64,000 nucleotides of DNA from Lama glama (Eukaryota). Both the position numbers and the translations under genes were made by a program. The notes under the pieces are model-generated. The model was given only the letters and a program-made list of their open reading frames with translations. It was not told the origin of the DNA and searched no databases. Location: positions 63,366,001 through 63,430,000 of the forward strand of contig CM052817.1 of NCBI GenBank assembly GCA_028534125.1, in the 5' to 3' direction. Shown here piece after piece: positions 12,622 to 26,554 of this stretch (position 1 is its first letter; each line of letters starts with the position of its first letter).

Positions 12622-14594
12622 TGTTAAAAAAATAATCAGTGTCAAAGCTAAAATGTCAAAAATAAAGTAGTTTATTTGGAGTCTTAGCAATTGCAATCAG
12701 GAGACACAAATTTGGATAAAACCAAAAAAAAAAATTCTAGGGAAAAGAAAGATTGAAGGAATTATAAAGGCAAAAGTCACAAGATTGTTGAAGTAGTCTA
12801 GCAAGAATTGTGATTGACTGTGACTCAAGAGAGGAAATACTTGTTCTTAAGAAGTAAGCTTCATGAGTTATTTTTAGGGTAAGTGTCTTGAGTTTCTGGG
12901 AGATATTCTAGATGCCTGTGTTAAGACAATAAGTGGTCAAAAGATTAAATTCCATCTGGGCTGAAACATACATCAGTCACACTTCCCTAATGGCCTCCCA
13001 GCTCCCCTTTACAGAGCATTCTTTTTTAAAAAATTTTTTACTTGAAGTATAGTCAGCTTACAATGTATCAATTTCTAGTGTCCAGCATAAAGTTTCAGTC
13101 ATACATATACACACAGAAATTCCTTTTCATATTATTTTTCATTATAGGTTACAATAAGATATTGAATATAATTCCCTGTGCTATACAGTATAAGCTTGTT
13201 GTTTATCTATTTTACGTATAGCAGTCAGTATCTGCAAATCTCAGTCTCACAATTTATGCCTTCTGTCCCCCTTCCCCCTCTGTAACCGTAAGTTTGTTTT
13301 CTATGTCTGTGAGTTTCTGTTTTGTAAATAAGTTCATTTATGTCTTTCTTTAGATTCCACATATAAGTGATATCATATGGTATTTTTCTTTCTCTTTTTG
13401 GCTTACTTCACTCAGAATGATGTTCTCCAGGTCCACCCATGTTGCAGCAAATGGCATTGTTTTATTTTTTTTTTATGGCTGAGTAGTATTTCGGTGCATA
13501 AATATACCACAGCTGCTGTATCCAGTCATCTGTCAATGGACATTTAGGTTGTTTCCATGTGTTAGCTATTGTAAACAGTGCTCCTGTGAACATTGTGGTA
13601 CATGTGTCTTTTCAAATTAGAGTTTCCTCCAGATAATGCCAAGGAGTGGGATTGCTGGATCATATGGTAAATCTATTTTTAGTTTTTTGATGAATCTTCA
13701 TACATTTTTCCATAATGGCTGCACAAAACTACATTCCCACCAACAATGTAGGAGGTTTCCCTTTTCTCCTCACTCTCTCTGGCATTTATCATTTGTGGAT
13801 TTTTTTAATGATGGCCGTTCTGACTGGTGTGAGGTGATACCTCATTGTAGTTTTGATTTGTACTTCTCTAATAATTAGTGATATTGAACATTTTTTCCTG
13901 TACCTATTGGCCATCTGTATGTCTTCATTGGAGAATTGCTTGTTTAGGTCTTCTGACCATTTCTGGATTGAATTATTTGTTTTTTGTTATTAAGTTGTAT
14001 GAGCTGTTTGTATATAATGGAGATTAAGCCCTTGTAAGTTGCATCATTTGCAAATTTTTTTCCCATTCTGTAGGTTGTCATTTTTGTTGTTTATAGTTTC
14101 TTTTGCTGTGCAAAAACTTATAAATTTAATTAGGCCCCATTTGTTTATTTTTGCTTCTATTTCTTTGGCCTGGGTAGATTTCCCTAGGAGAACATTGCTA
14201 AGAATATGTCAGAAAATGTTTTGCCTATGTATTCTTCTAGGAGATTCATAGTATCTTGTCTTATGTTTAAGTCATTATGCCATTTTAAGTTTATTTTTGT
14301 GTAAGGTGTGAGGGAGTGTTCTAACTTCATTGATTTACATGCAGCTGTACAGTTTTCCCAGCACCACTTGCTGAAGAGACTGTCTTTTCTCCATTGTATA
14401 TTCTTGCCTCTTCTGTCAAAGACTAATTGACTGTGTGTGGATTTATTTAAGGGCTCTCTATTCTGTTCCATTGATCCGTATATCTGTTTTTGTGCCAATA
14501 TCACATAGTTTTGATTACTGTAGCTCTGTAGTATTGTCCGAAGTCTGGGAGGGTTATTTCTCAATCTTTGTTCTTTTTTTGAGCATTCTTAACA
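12622..14594 (-). mobile_element. ERV-type solo LTR (12622-13023) whose last bases (AACA, to 14594) are displaced by an L1 insertion
   Basis: Starts TGTTAA, contains antisense poly(A) signal TTTATT, and terminus ...CTTAACA is recovered after removing the L1 and one TSD copy. Confidence 0.6.
13024..14580 (-). mobile_element. 5'-truncated L1 (~1.55 kb; ORF2 C-terminus plus 3'UTR)
   Basis: ORF 14184-14564(-) reads L1 ORF2 '...KNIQWRKDSLFSKWCWENCTAACKSMKLEHSLTPYTKIN...'; T-rich tail on the left; perfect 10-bp TSD GAGCATTCTT (13014-13023 / 14581-14590). Confidence 0.95.
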
Positions 14595-15415
14595 ATACCT
14601 ACTCCATTTTTATTTTCCTTTTACATCATCCAGCTTCTAAAACTAGAAATCTAAAATTCTCCTTTCTATCCTTTCTATATCACTCAGATTTCAAGTTAGT
14701 CAACAAATGCAGTTGATTGTATCTCCTAGAGATAAGTCATTCTCTCTACCTAACATCATTGCCCTAGTCAGATCTCTTTGTTACCTAGGTTACTACAATA
14801 GCTTTGTGACATGGCTCTTTTCCTCTAATGAGGTACTAACATTACACTCATTGTTAGTGAATGCCATCAACTCCTCCTCTTTAAAACTTCTTCTGAAATG
14901 CACCATTGCCTTGTAGTATAAAATTCCAATTTCTTTGTAAGAATGTCTTTCAGTATTTTCCCTGGGCCTAATTAACCATGGAGGTTTTTCTTTGTTTTTA
15001 ACTTGAAAACATGGATAATTTCAGAAAAATAACAAATGTTATATTTATGCTCATTTTTCTTCTGAGAACACTATTAATTATTTTTCATTAACTATTCAAA
15101 TTGGTTCATTGCCTTCTCCAATTTTACTTCTGCAATTCTACAATTTCATCTCCAACTTACCTCCAAAGTTTTATGAATCAATATTTTCCCATATTATTAC
15201 AGCTTCTAGGTATGCCTTTCCCTTCCCCCTTTGTTTTAACCACACCTCCCCTATGTAAATAAATGAATAAACTCATAAAACAAAATAACTTCCTAACTAC
15301 TGCAAGATTTTCAACCTACATTTCAGGGACATATTGCTTCTTTTCAGCTTTTGCTCCCACTCCAACAGATTTTCAGCTTTTCCTCTGAGCCACCATTGTA
15401 TTTTTTAATACACTT

Positions 15416-15880
15416 TATGGTAGAGTGTTTGTAAATAGCTCCCAATGATGCCTGAGTTCTAGTATGCATGTCTTTGTGTAATCCTTTCTCTTTGAATTTC
15501 ACCTGAAATACTTCTAATGAATAGAATACAGCCAAAGGTATGAAATGTTACACCCAAGTCTGAGTTACAAAACAACTCTATCTTCCATCTTGTTAGACCT
15601 CTCGTTCTCTCACTTCCTCCACTTTAAAGAAAGCTGCCATGTTGTGAAATTCTCCATGGAGAGGCTCGTGTGTCAACTGAGGCAAGCCTCTGGCCAACAC
15701 CTCAAGAGGAGCTAATTCTTTCAGTCCAACAACCCAAGAGGAACTGATTCCTGCCAGTGACCACATGAATGAGTCTGGAGGTGACTTCACCTCCACTAGA
15801 GCCTAGAGATGACTGTGCTTCTGGCTGACAGTTAATTGTAGAGTGTGAGGGACCAGAGTTAGAGGACTCAGCAAAGCTAA
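15416..15880 (+). mobile_element. MLT1E/F-like MaLR LTR
   Basis: 'AGCTGCCATGTTGTGA...CTCTGGCCAACA...CAGTCCAACAACCCAAGAGGAACTGATTCCTGCCAGTGACCACATGA'. Confidence 0.8.
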
Positions 15881-17192
15881 GTTACAAATTACAATATGTT
15901 TTCTTAGTGATTAAATTTGATACCTATCAAATAGTAAGCATAGTTGTTGTGAGACTGTACTCCAATAGTAATAGATGCTCAATGTTACTGTTACTGTCTT
16001 ATTTGTCTATAGGAGTGACTTTTCTTCTTATGTATGTGATTCTCAAAGGCAGGAAAAATTTCTTCATCCACTTTTGTATCACAGAACTTAGCACATAGTA
16101 TTCAATAAGAAATGCTGAATTTAAAATTAAGTAGTAGAAATTATGTATTATAATTACACTGTTTCTTAAAAGCAAGTATTCAGAAATATGGAGTGCTTTG
16201 GAGTCTTAATTATTGAATGGACATTGAAGAAGCAAAACTTGGACCCTATTTATTTATTCAAAAATTAAGAGCTTTTATTTCACAAAGCAGCTATTCTTTT
16301 TCCTTCATCTTCAAGCAATCATGGTTTCTGTGTTGGTTTTAATGTCAAGATATGTTCATTATTAATTACTTAATGTAACTCAATGAGTAGTGAAAACAAA
16401 GTCTTCAAAGTATGTTCATGAAAGGAAAGCAAAGAAAATGCAAAGTATCACTGATGAAATGAAACTGTTGTTCTCTTTAATCCTTCTCTCCCTCACACTT
16501 CACCATTTGTTCAAATAAAGTAAATAATATTGGGGAGCACACTGGTTTGTAATACCCCAATAATACAATTTTTATTTTTTATGAATTTAAGGCAGATTGT
16601 CTTATAAAAGCTCTGCATTTTTTGGATTATTTAACTACCTACCTTCCATATCTCTTCACATTTTTAAAGGGAGAACCTCCAACTTTTACTCCCACCTGTT
16701 TGTATTCTTAAGTAACAGGTCTTCTCCATGCAGACACATTGTGTCCCACCCCCTTCTAGATTTTAAGTATTCTGTGAGCAAGTCAGCTGCTCACATTCAC
16801 CTACATTTTGGTCTAGATTCCAACTCCTGTAGACTAATCAAGAAATCACCAAACAGTTCTCTGACATGAGCATTTATTTCCTCATTAGTGAATCATTCAT
16901 GTCAGCATGGAAACATGGTGCTATATTTCTCTTCCTTAAAAGATGTCTCTCAACCCCATTATACTGCCCTCTCCAGCTACCATTTCATTGACTGCCTCCT
17001 TTTTTTTTTTTTTTTACCATAATACACTTCGGAAGAGCTTTCTATATAAATTTCCTTCAGTCTGTCTCCTCAAATTCTTTCTTGTAAACATTGAATTAGG
17101 CTTTCACCCAAAATCTCCAAAGAAACTACTCTTGCCCAAGAACCAGTCGTCTTTTGTTGCTAATGCAATTCTCAATTCTCAACCCTAGTTTT

Positions 17193-17323
17193 TAAAATAG
17201 GTTATTATAAGATATTGCATATAGTTCCCTGTACTATAGAATAGATCCTTACTGTTTATCTATTTTATATATGGTAGTGTGAATCTCTTTATTCCAAATC
17301 CAAATCCCAAATTTATCCCTCCC
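17193..17323 (-). mobile_element. Very short L1 3'UTR fragment (~130 bp)
   Basis: Resembles the L1 3'UTR at ~13145-13270; perfect 15-bp TSD CTCAACCCTAGTTTT (17178-17192 / 17324-17338). Confidence 0.85.
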
Positions 17324-17564
17324 CTCAACCCTAGTTTTATTTGAAGTATCACAGTCAATTAAAAATTGGACATGGTAAGTCAAACTCCATGTCTGTTCCT
17401 TCCTCTTTGAGGTATTTTCTTGGAATTAACCATATCCTGGTATTTGTTCCATATCACTAGCTACCCCATCCCGATCTATGTTTTGATCCCCTCTCATCTT
17501 CCAAGCATATTAATCTAGGAATTTCCCAGAGTTCAATCTTTGGACTTCATTTCCTCTATATTTA

Positions 17565-17824
17565 CAATGCCCAACAGACATATAAGCTAAAAGAAACAGC
17601 TGAAATTTTTTAGTACTATTTTTACTTGAATGTTTCTAGATATTGTTTTAATATTTAACAATATAGCAATGTTAGTAAACTATTTTACATTCTTTTGGGC
17701 ATACTTAGTCTTTGAAAATTTTGGTGTATTTTTCACACTTAACAGCACATCTAAGTTGAGGATAGCTATATTTCAAGTGCCAATAGCCACATGTGCTTGT
17801 GGCTATCATATTAGATAGTACAGG
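17565..17824. mobile_element. MER33-like hAT-Charlie DNA transposon
   Basis: 'CAGCACATCT...TATTTCAAGTGCCAATAGCCACATGTGCTTGTGGCTATCATATTAGATAGTACAG'. Confidence 0.75.
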
Positions 17825-19547
17825 TCTGTATCTCCACTCCCTTGATGTTTCCCTCCTGTTTCATATTGTTACATATCATTTATATGATGATGTCTCCCAA
17901 TTTATATTACAAGGCCAGATCTCTTCTCTAAAATTATACTTTTAAGCACAACTACCTACTTGATATTTCTACTTGAGTGCTTAATACTTGTCTCAGACTT
18001 AATACATCCAAAATCAAACTCCTGATCTTCACACATACACACAAAATATCCCTCATTTTCCATTCTTCCTCATTTCAGTTAATAATAAATGTTATAATTC
18101 CAATCATAGAGTCCAAAAAAACTTGAGCCATTCTTGATTTGATTTTCCTCTCATAGTCTACATTCACTCTCATTGGCTTTACCATCAAAGTATTTCCAGA
18201 CTCTGAACATTTCTCACCATCCCAGGATCAAACACTATCATTTCTTGCTTGTATTAATGTTCTAACTTTCCAGCTAATCTCCCTGTCTCCCCCTTTCCTA
18301 CTTTCCAACATAGCAACTAGGGTAATCCTGTTTAAATATATCAAGTGATCTCAGCTACTTGAAATCTTCCAATGATATGCTATATCACTCCTGGTAAAAT
18401 GTCTTAGACCTAAATGTCCATACTTCTTTAATTCATCTCCTGTTGCCCTTTCCCCTACTCTTTCAGATACAGGCATATGAGCACCCTTGTTTCACTAATA
18501 CAACAAAAATACAGTTTTCTCTTTGCTTTGCCTAGAGAGTTCTTTTTCCATATACTCATGTTGCTGGCTTTGTCCTTGAAGTCTTTACCCATATGCCTTC
18601 TCTGATTACCCTTTTAAAAATTGCTATGCCTCCCACTAGCATTTTCTTTCATCTTTCTTTGCTTATTTTTCTCCATAAAACTTTATCTAACTTACTATAT
18701 GTTTCCTTAAGTATTTTTTAGCATCTATATTTTCTACCAGAATGAAAGCTCTATGATGGTATTTATATCTGTCTTGTGAACCACATGACTGGAAAGAATT
18801 CCTAATATATACCAAGGTCCCAGAAAATGTCTGTAAGTGAATATATGAATGAATTAATTAGAAGTAGAAAAAAGACCTCTTTGACTATTCTGGTATTTGC
18901 AGAACAGGTAAGTAATTGGAATAACAATTAGTTCTACTTACTGCTTCTCGTTGCCAAACTTATTATTACTATTATATAATATTTGCATATAACTGACATC
19001 CAGAATTGTAAACAGGTAATCATTCCATTCCAAAGAGAAAAGATATCACTCAACCACTCCTTCTATCTCTTTTGTATAGACTGAAAAATAGCTTTGAAAC
19101 AGTGGCCTTGATATATGTAGTAAATGATAATTGCTCTGTTAAGAGTATAAAAGTGTCTTTAATAAATATTATCTAAAGTAGAAATTAGAGTCCAGTAGCT
19201 CTTCATACAGCATTTAGCAAAGCCTGGAGTGTAAAGGAATTTGTATGTGACCCAAACAGCCATTTAATTTTTTTCCAAATTCCTTCTTTTTATTTTTACA
19301 TGAGTTCTACTCATTTACTCTGGTCCCACACAAATTCCTTTTGGTTCTTGTATTCAGACTGTACTCTAGAAGCTATGGAAATGTTTGGAGCGTATGTAAT
19401 TACAGAGGGAAACTACCAAGTATCATTTTGAGGAAAACACACGCTGATTTTAGCTAATACTCTGCAGGTTTTCTGGGCTCTCTCTTGAGCTATAAATGGT
19501 TAAAAAAATAAGTCTTCTAGTTATTCTGTGTTCTATGTGAGACCTAG

Positions 19548-19812
19548 AGGTAATATGGTATAGGAGATAAAAGCACAGACTCTGGAGACAGCATGCCCAT
19601 ATTCAAGTCCTAACTCTGGCCCTTACTAGATGTGTGACTTTGCACAGGTTACTTAACCTCTCAGTGTCCCATTTTCCTCATGCACAAAATAACAGTAGCA
19701 ATATCTCCTATATAGCTTTGTTGTGATAATTACATTAAATAATACATGCAAATCACTTGGAACACTGCCTAGAATGTGTACAATACCTGTTCAATAGATG
19801 TTAGCTATTATG
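19548..19812 (+). mobile_element. MIR SINE, near full length
   Basis: MIR core 'CTTACTAGATGTGTGACTTTGCACAGGTTACTTAACCTCTCAGTGTCCCATTTTCCTCA' and end 'TGTTAGCTATTA'. Confidence 0.85.
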
Positions 19813-20259
19813 AATAAAATGAGGACATTTTTCACACAAAAGAAGTTGTATATACATACAGTCTGTTGAAAAATACAGAATATTCTCTGGGACACTAGTC
19901 AATTATTTGATATAATTCAGGCTATAAAAGAAAAGGAAAAATTTTTAGTGTATTACCTGATTTGTCTGTTATGAAGTAATTCTTCTGGAGTAGCACTAGC
20001 AGTGTTATGCACTGAGGAACACAAATTAGATTCAAATCCCCTACTATTTAAATTAAATACCATTTATCTATTTATTTAATCATGCAATTTGTTCTTCAAC
20101 AGTTGTTAAGAGACTACAATGCTAGGTTCTAGAGAGACAATACCCAAAATATGGATCTTATATTCAAAGTGTCTGTAGTCCCAGGAGACAAAGATAAATT
20201 AAAATTTAAACACCATTAAAAACATTAGGGAATCCTGTAATCAAAATAAATGTAGGATT

Positions 20260-23200
20260 CCTCAGGACAAACAGACAACCACACAAGGACCCAGCCCACC
20301 CACCAACAGGCTGGCAGCAGCCCCATGCCCCTCTGGGCTATGCAGCCAATCACCAACAAGTCTGCTTCACCCTCCAGCATGCCTACAGCTACAGCACAAG
20401 GCACAACCTCTAAAGCAACCAGGCTGGGAGCCAACCCCACCTCTCAATGTGCCCACAGTAGTAATTCCTACCAAAGCAGAAGAACCCATGCAGGGGCCCT
20501 CTAGGGCTTATAGTTCTGGTGACCAAAGGGAAGTGCACTGCTGGGCCCCATAGGATGTTACTTACATAGAGCCCCTTATCCAAGATCAGGATACATAATG
20601 AACCTACCTAACACATAGAAATAAACACAGAGAATTGGGCAAAATGAGGAGACAGAGGAATGTTACAAAGAAGGAACAAGATATTACCTCAGAAAAAGAA
20701 CTAAGTGAAATGAAGATAAACCATCTCCCCCAAAGGATTTGAGGTAATAATCATAGAGATTATTATGAAGCTCAACAAACTTCAGAGGAGAATAGATGAA
20801 CACAGTGAGAATATCCATAGAGTCAGTAAATATAAAGAAGAACCAAACAAAGCTGAAGAATATAATAACAGAAATTTAAAATATACTAAAAGGAATCAAC
20901 AGCAGATTACATGATACAGAGGAACAGATTGGCAATCTAGAAGGCATTGTTCTTAGTGGAGATCAACCAAGCTGAACAGAAAAAAGAATAAAAAGAAATG
21001 AAGACAGTTCAAGAGACCTCTGGGACAACATCAAGCATACTAGCATTTACATTATAAGGATCCCAGAAGGACAAGTGAGAGAGAAAGAAGCAGAGAACTT
21101 ATTTTAAAAAATAATAGCTGAAAAATTTCCTAACCTGGGGTAGGAAATAGACATCCAGGTCCAAGAAGCACAAGAGTCCCAAACTAAATAAACCCAAAGA
21201 GATCCATACCAAGATACATTATAATTAAAATGGCAAAAGTGAAAAAAATCTTAAAAAACAAAAGAGAAAATTAATTGGTTACATACAACAGAATTCCCAT
21301 AAGATTATAAGCTGACTTTTCAGCAGAAACTTTGCAGGCCAGAAGGGAGAGGCATTAAATATTCAAAGTGATGGAAAGGAAAAAACACAACCAAGAACAC
21401 TCTGGCAGGTTATCATTCACATTTGAAGGAGAGGTATAGAGTTTTACAAACAAGTAAAAGCTAAAAGACTTCAGCACCACTAAACCAGTTTAACAAGAAA
21501 TTTTAAAGGGACTTTGCTAAGAGGAAATAAAAGGCCACACCTAGAAATATGAAAATTATGGCAGCAGAAATTTCACTGGTAAAAACAAACATACAGTAAA
21601 TATAATAGATAAACCATTTATAAAGCTAGTAGAAAAGAAAGAGTAGTAAAATTATTTATATCCACAGTAAGTACTTAAGGGATACACAGAACAAAAAGAT
21701 GTAACACATAACTTAGAAAACATTAAAGTGTGGAATAAATATGTTAAAACTGTTAAAATGCATTCAAACTTAAGAGCTTATCAGCTTAAGATAATCATTA
21801 ATAGATAGGTAGGTAGATAGGTAGGCAGACAGACAGACAGACCTCTAGGAAACCACAAGAAAAATTCTATGATCATACACAAAAAAGAGAAAAGAATCCA
21901 AGCATAACAATAAAGACAGTCATCAAATCACAAAGGAAAAGAGCAAAAGAAGAAGGAGCAAAAATGGACTATAGACATAACCAGAAAAAAAGTTAACAAA
22001 ATGGCAGTAAACTTATACCTATCAAAATTATTTTAAGTGGAAATGGACTAAATGCTCCAACCACACGACATACAGTAGCTGAATGGATAAAAAAACAAGA
22101 TCAATATATATGCTTCCTACAAGAGACTAACTTTAAATCTAAAGTCACACACAGACTGAAAGTGAGAAAAAGGTTGGAAAAAGGTATTCCATGCAAATGG
22201 AAACAAAAAGAAAGTTGGAGTAGCAGTACTAAACAAAATATTTGTTAAAAACTGTAACAAAAGACAAAGAAAGACATTACATGATAATAAAAGGATCAAT
22301 CCAACAAGAAAGTATAACAATTGTGAATGTATACACACTGAACATACCTAAATACATAAAGCAAAAGTTAACTAACATAAAGAGAAACTGACAGTAACAT
22401 AATAATAGTAGAGGACTTTAACAATCCATTTAACTCAATGGACAGATCATCCAGATGGAAAATCAGTAAGAAAACATTGGCCTTAAATGACACATTGAAT
22501 CAGAATACGCACGCACGCATGCACACACACACACATATATATAGAGAGAGAGCGCATTCCATTCAAAAGCAGCAGAATACGTGTTCTTTTTATGTACATA
22601 TTGAACATTCTCCAGAATAGATCACATGCTAGGACACAAAACAAGACTCAATAAATTTTAAAAGATTGAAATCATATCAAGCATCTTTTCTGACCACAAC
22701 ACTATAAGACTAGAAAAAAATTACAAGAAAAAAACTATAAAAAGCACAAATGTGGCAGCTAAACAGTATGCTACTAAACAGCTAATGGGTCACAGAAGAA
22801 ATCAAAAAGGAAGTAAAAAACTAAGGGAGACAACTGAAAATGGAAACAGAATAATCTAAAATCTGTGAAATGAAGCAAATGCAGTTCTAAGAGCAGAGTT
22901 CATAGTGATAAAAGCCTATCTCAAGAAACAAGAAAAATTTCAAATAAACAACCTAACTTTATACTTAAAGGAACTAGAAAAGGAACAAATGAGTTAGAAG
23001 GAGAGAAATAAAAAAGATCAGGTTAGAAATAAATGAAGTAGAGATTTAAGAAACAATGGAAAATTCAATTATACTAAGAGCTGGTTCTTTGAAAAGACAA
23101 ACAAAATTGACAAGCCTTTAGCCAGACTCTAAGAAAAACAGAGGGCCCAAATCAATAAAATCAGAAATGATAAAGGAGAACTTACAATGGACACAACAGA

Positions 23201-24330
23201 AACAGAAAGGATCATAAGAGATTACTATGAACAATTAGACACCAGTAAATGAATAAATTCCTAGAAATGTACAAACTCCCAAGATTAAATTAGGAAGAAA
23301 TAAAAATTTAAACATACCAATTACAAATAATGAAATTGAATCAGAAATTAAAAAAAAAAAAAAACTCCCAACAAACAAAAGTCCAGAATCATTTGGCTTC
23401 ACATGTTAATTCTGTCAGACATTTAGAGAATCATTAATGCCTGTCCTTCCCAAACTATTTGAAAAAAAAATTGAAGAGGAAAAAAATAACTTTTGAACTA
23501 ATTCAGCAAGACCAGCATCACTCTGATACCAAAAACAGACAAGGATAACACAAAAAAGAAAGTTGCAGGCCATTGTTACTGAGAAACAGAGATGAAAAGC
23601 CCTCAACAGAATATTAGCAAACCAAAGTCAACAATACACTAAAAGGATCAGACTATGATCAAGTGGTGTTTATCCCAGGAATTCAAGGACAATTCAGTAT
23701 CTGCATATCAACCAATGTGAAATTGAAGAACATTAAGAAATTGAAGAATAAAACCCATAGGATAATCTTAATAGATATAGAAGAAACTTTTGACAAAATT
23801 TAACATCAATTTATGGTAAAAACTCTTAACAAGGTGGTTATAGAGGGACATATCTCAACATAATGAAAGCCATATCTGACAAGTGCACAGCTAACATCAT
23901 ATGCAACAGTGAAAAGCTGAAAGCATTTTCTCTGTGATCCCCACTTTTATTCAACATTTTATTGGACATCATAACCACAGCTATCAGACAAGGAAAAGAA
24001 ATAAAACTCTGTCACTGTTTGCAGATGACATACTATGTATAGAAAATCCTATATTAAAACTCTCAGAGACCTTAAAAGAAGTTTACTGCAATGTCAACAA
24101 TATTAAAAAAAAAAAAGAAAGAAAGAAAATAGGAAATCCTAAAGATACTACCAAAAAACTTAAATTCATTTAAGTTCCTGGATACAAAGTTAATGTTCAG
24201 AAATCTCTTGTGTTTCTATGCACTAATAATGAACTATCAGAAAGAGTAATTAAGAAGTCAATCCCATTTACATTTGCATTAAAAAGAATGAAATAACTGG
24301 GAATAAATCTAAGGCCATAAAAGACCTATT
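20260..24330 (+). mobile_element. Large degenerate L1: partial 5'UTR, ORF1 (~20644-21520), spacer, ORF2 endonuclease and RT region (~22001-24330), 3' end missing
   Basis: ORF1 motif 'GCTGACTTTTCAGCAGAAACTTTGCAGGCCAGAAGGGA'; ORF2 EN start 'AATGGACTAAATGCTCCAA'; RT motif 'SLFADD' (CTGTTTGCAGATGAC, ~24015); many stops and frameshifts. Confidence 0.95.
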
Positions 24331-24824
24331 CTTCTTTCTTTTTTTATGATAAAATCTTTACTCTTGTTTCACATCTCAGGCCAATCTTCACTTACTCAGG
24401 CTATCTTTTCTGACATCCCTAAGTTAAATTGTATTCTTTTAGTACAATGTTCCTATCATTCATAACACTCTATGCACTTGTAACATTTTATGTATTTGCA
24501 TGGTTACAGGACTAATGTTTGTGATTTGTGTTCAACACCAGAATATAAGATCCACTAGGAATAGAATTAATCTATTCTTTCTCTCTATAGTTAACCCATT
24601 TCCTAGCACAGTGCCTGATATACTGTTGGTATTCATCATTTTTAAAATGGCTAGATGGAAAATCTTGATATTTGAAGAAGACAGGTCGAATATGATGCTA
24701 AATTTTCTAATCTGAGCAGGATAGATGTTAGTAAAATCATCTATTTCAGGGGATACATAGGTTTGGTGTTAGAGACAAGAAGATAATCAAGCAACATCTT
24801 GTAGCTGATATACCTGTATACATC

Positions 24825-25177
24825 TACTATGGTCTAAATTGTGTCCCTAATCCCCAAAGTGATGGTGTTTGGACGTGAGACTTTGTTGAGGTAATTAGGT
24901 TTATATTAGGTCATAAGGGTGGTACCCTCATGATGGAATTTGTGCTCTTAGAGGAGACACCAGAGAACTTGTTCTGTCTCTGTCCATGCCATTTGAGGGT
25001 AAAGCAAGTAGGCAGCCAGCTGCAAGCCAGGAAGAGAATCCTCACTAAAACCTGACCATGCTGGCACCCTGATCTTGGCCTTTCCAGCCTCTAGATCTGC
25101 AAGAAACCAATTTCTGTTGTTTAAGCTACTCAGTCTCTGGTATTTTGCTATGGCAACCTGACCTGACCAGTAAGGCA
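24825..25177 (+). mobile_element. MLT1A/B-like MaLR LTR
   Basis: 'TACTATGGTCTAAATTGTGTCCCT...GACCATGCTGGCACCCTGATCTTGGCCTTTCCAGCCTCTAGA...TTTCTGTTGTTTAAGCTACTCAGTCTCTGGTATTTTG'. Confidence 0.85.
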
Positions 25178-26115
25178 ATCAAGTGAAGTTACCTAGTAAG
25201 CAACTGGATATGCAGAACTGATGCCTAGAAGAAAGAAATAATTGGATATTTTAAATAAATGTAAATTTTCAATATTTAAATTATAACTGAAACCATGAGA
25301 ATAAATTATATTGCCTTGCTAATATGTATATAGGAGATAAAAATAGGTTTAGACAGAACTGTTTCACTAATATACCAATATTAAAGAGGAAGCAAAAAAA
25401 ATGCAAAGGGGTCCTACAAAGAGGTCTGAAAAAGAGAGGCAAGAGAAGAAAAGAGCTGTGAAAGCCAAGGAAAGGGTATTTCTAAAAGGAGGCTGAATCA
25501 GTGTCAACTACTGGCAGGAATAGTCACAGAATGCCTGAAACCTGTAATTTGGGGAAATGAGGAAGTGACCTAAATAGATACCCAGTATAATCACTAAGGA
25601 ATTTTGAAAGCTCAGTTCATATTTTTATACCAAATTCATGGGGATAACAATCTAATTGATTGTATGAATAATTTTGCACATAGGCTAAGTATCCTCAGCA
25701 CAGGCAAAAACAAAGATAGATATTCATATTCATCCAGGGTTTGGGGTTCTGCTAGATGTGTTCAGCAAAAATACAGGAATAAGGCAGAGAGATAGTAAAG
25801 ACATTTCCCATGTTTAGACCATAGAATATAGGACAGAATATTAATTTTGGTAAAGACAAGAAGGGCTTGATGCAACAGGACAACTAGAGGGATGAGTTGA
25901 CTGAAACCCTAAAGAATTTAAAGTATATATATTGCAGGGACATGGAAAAGCAAACAAAAAGGGGAAAAAAATTAGGCAGAGAATGGAAAGTTTGAATTTA
26001 ATATTTCAGAAGGGAACAGCTTCAGGTTGTGATGGAAAAAGAGTGTGACTGAGGACTAAGTAAATCTTGTTGAAAATGAGAAAATTTTAAAAACACAGTT
26101 TTTAGCTGAGCCATC

Positions 26116-26554
26116 TGGGTTAAATAATGTCTCCCCAAAATTCATTTCTACCTGGAGCCTATGCATATGACTTATTTGGAAATAGGATCCTTGCAGATCT
26201 AATCAAGTTAAGTGCAGGGGTAGGGTGGGCCCTAAATCTAATATGGCTGGTTTCCATATAAAAAGAGAGAAATTTGGACATAGTGACGCAAATAGGGGAA
26301 AAGGCCACGTGAAGACAGAAGCAGGTTGAAGTAATACATCTATAAGTCAGAGACTGCCAAAGATTGCTGGCAGCCAACAGGAGCTAGAAGAGGCGAGCTA
26401 GGAAGGATGCTTCCCAAAAGACCTCTGATGGAGTATGGCCCTCAACACCCTGACTCTTGACTTCTAGCCTCCAGAACTGTGAGAATACATTTCTGTTGTT
26501 TTAAGCCACCCAAATTATGGTAATTTGTTGTGGTACTAGGAGGAAATTAAAACA
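26116..26554 (+). mobile_element. MLT1C-like MaLR LTR
   Basis: 'GACTTATTTGGAAATAGG...GGCCACGTGAAGACAGA...CTTCTAGCCTCCAGAACTGTGAGA'; flanked by CCATC (26111-26115 / 26555-26559). Confidence 0.85.

Larger units (their letters stand above)
16600..18855 (+). mobile_element. L2 LINE (fragmented; hosts a short L1 and a MER33-like element)
   Basis: L2 motifs 'CAACTACCTACTTGATATTTCTACTTGAGTG...TCTCAGACTTAATACATCCAAAATCAAACTCCTGATCTTC' and a 3' tail 'GAATATATGAATGAAT'. Confidence 0.75.

Noticed and set aside
14184..14564. 126-aa minus-strand ORF
   Set aside because: Frameshifted piece of L1 ORF2, not a host gene.
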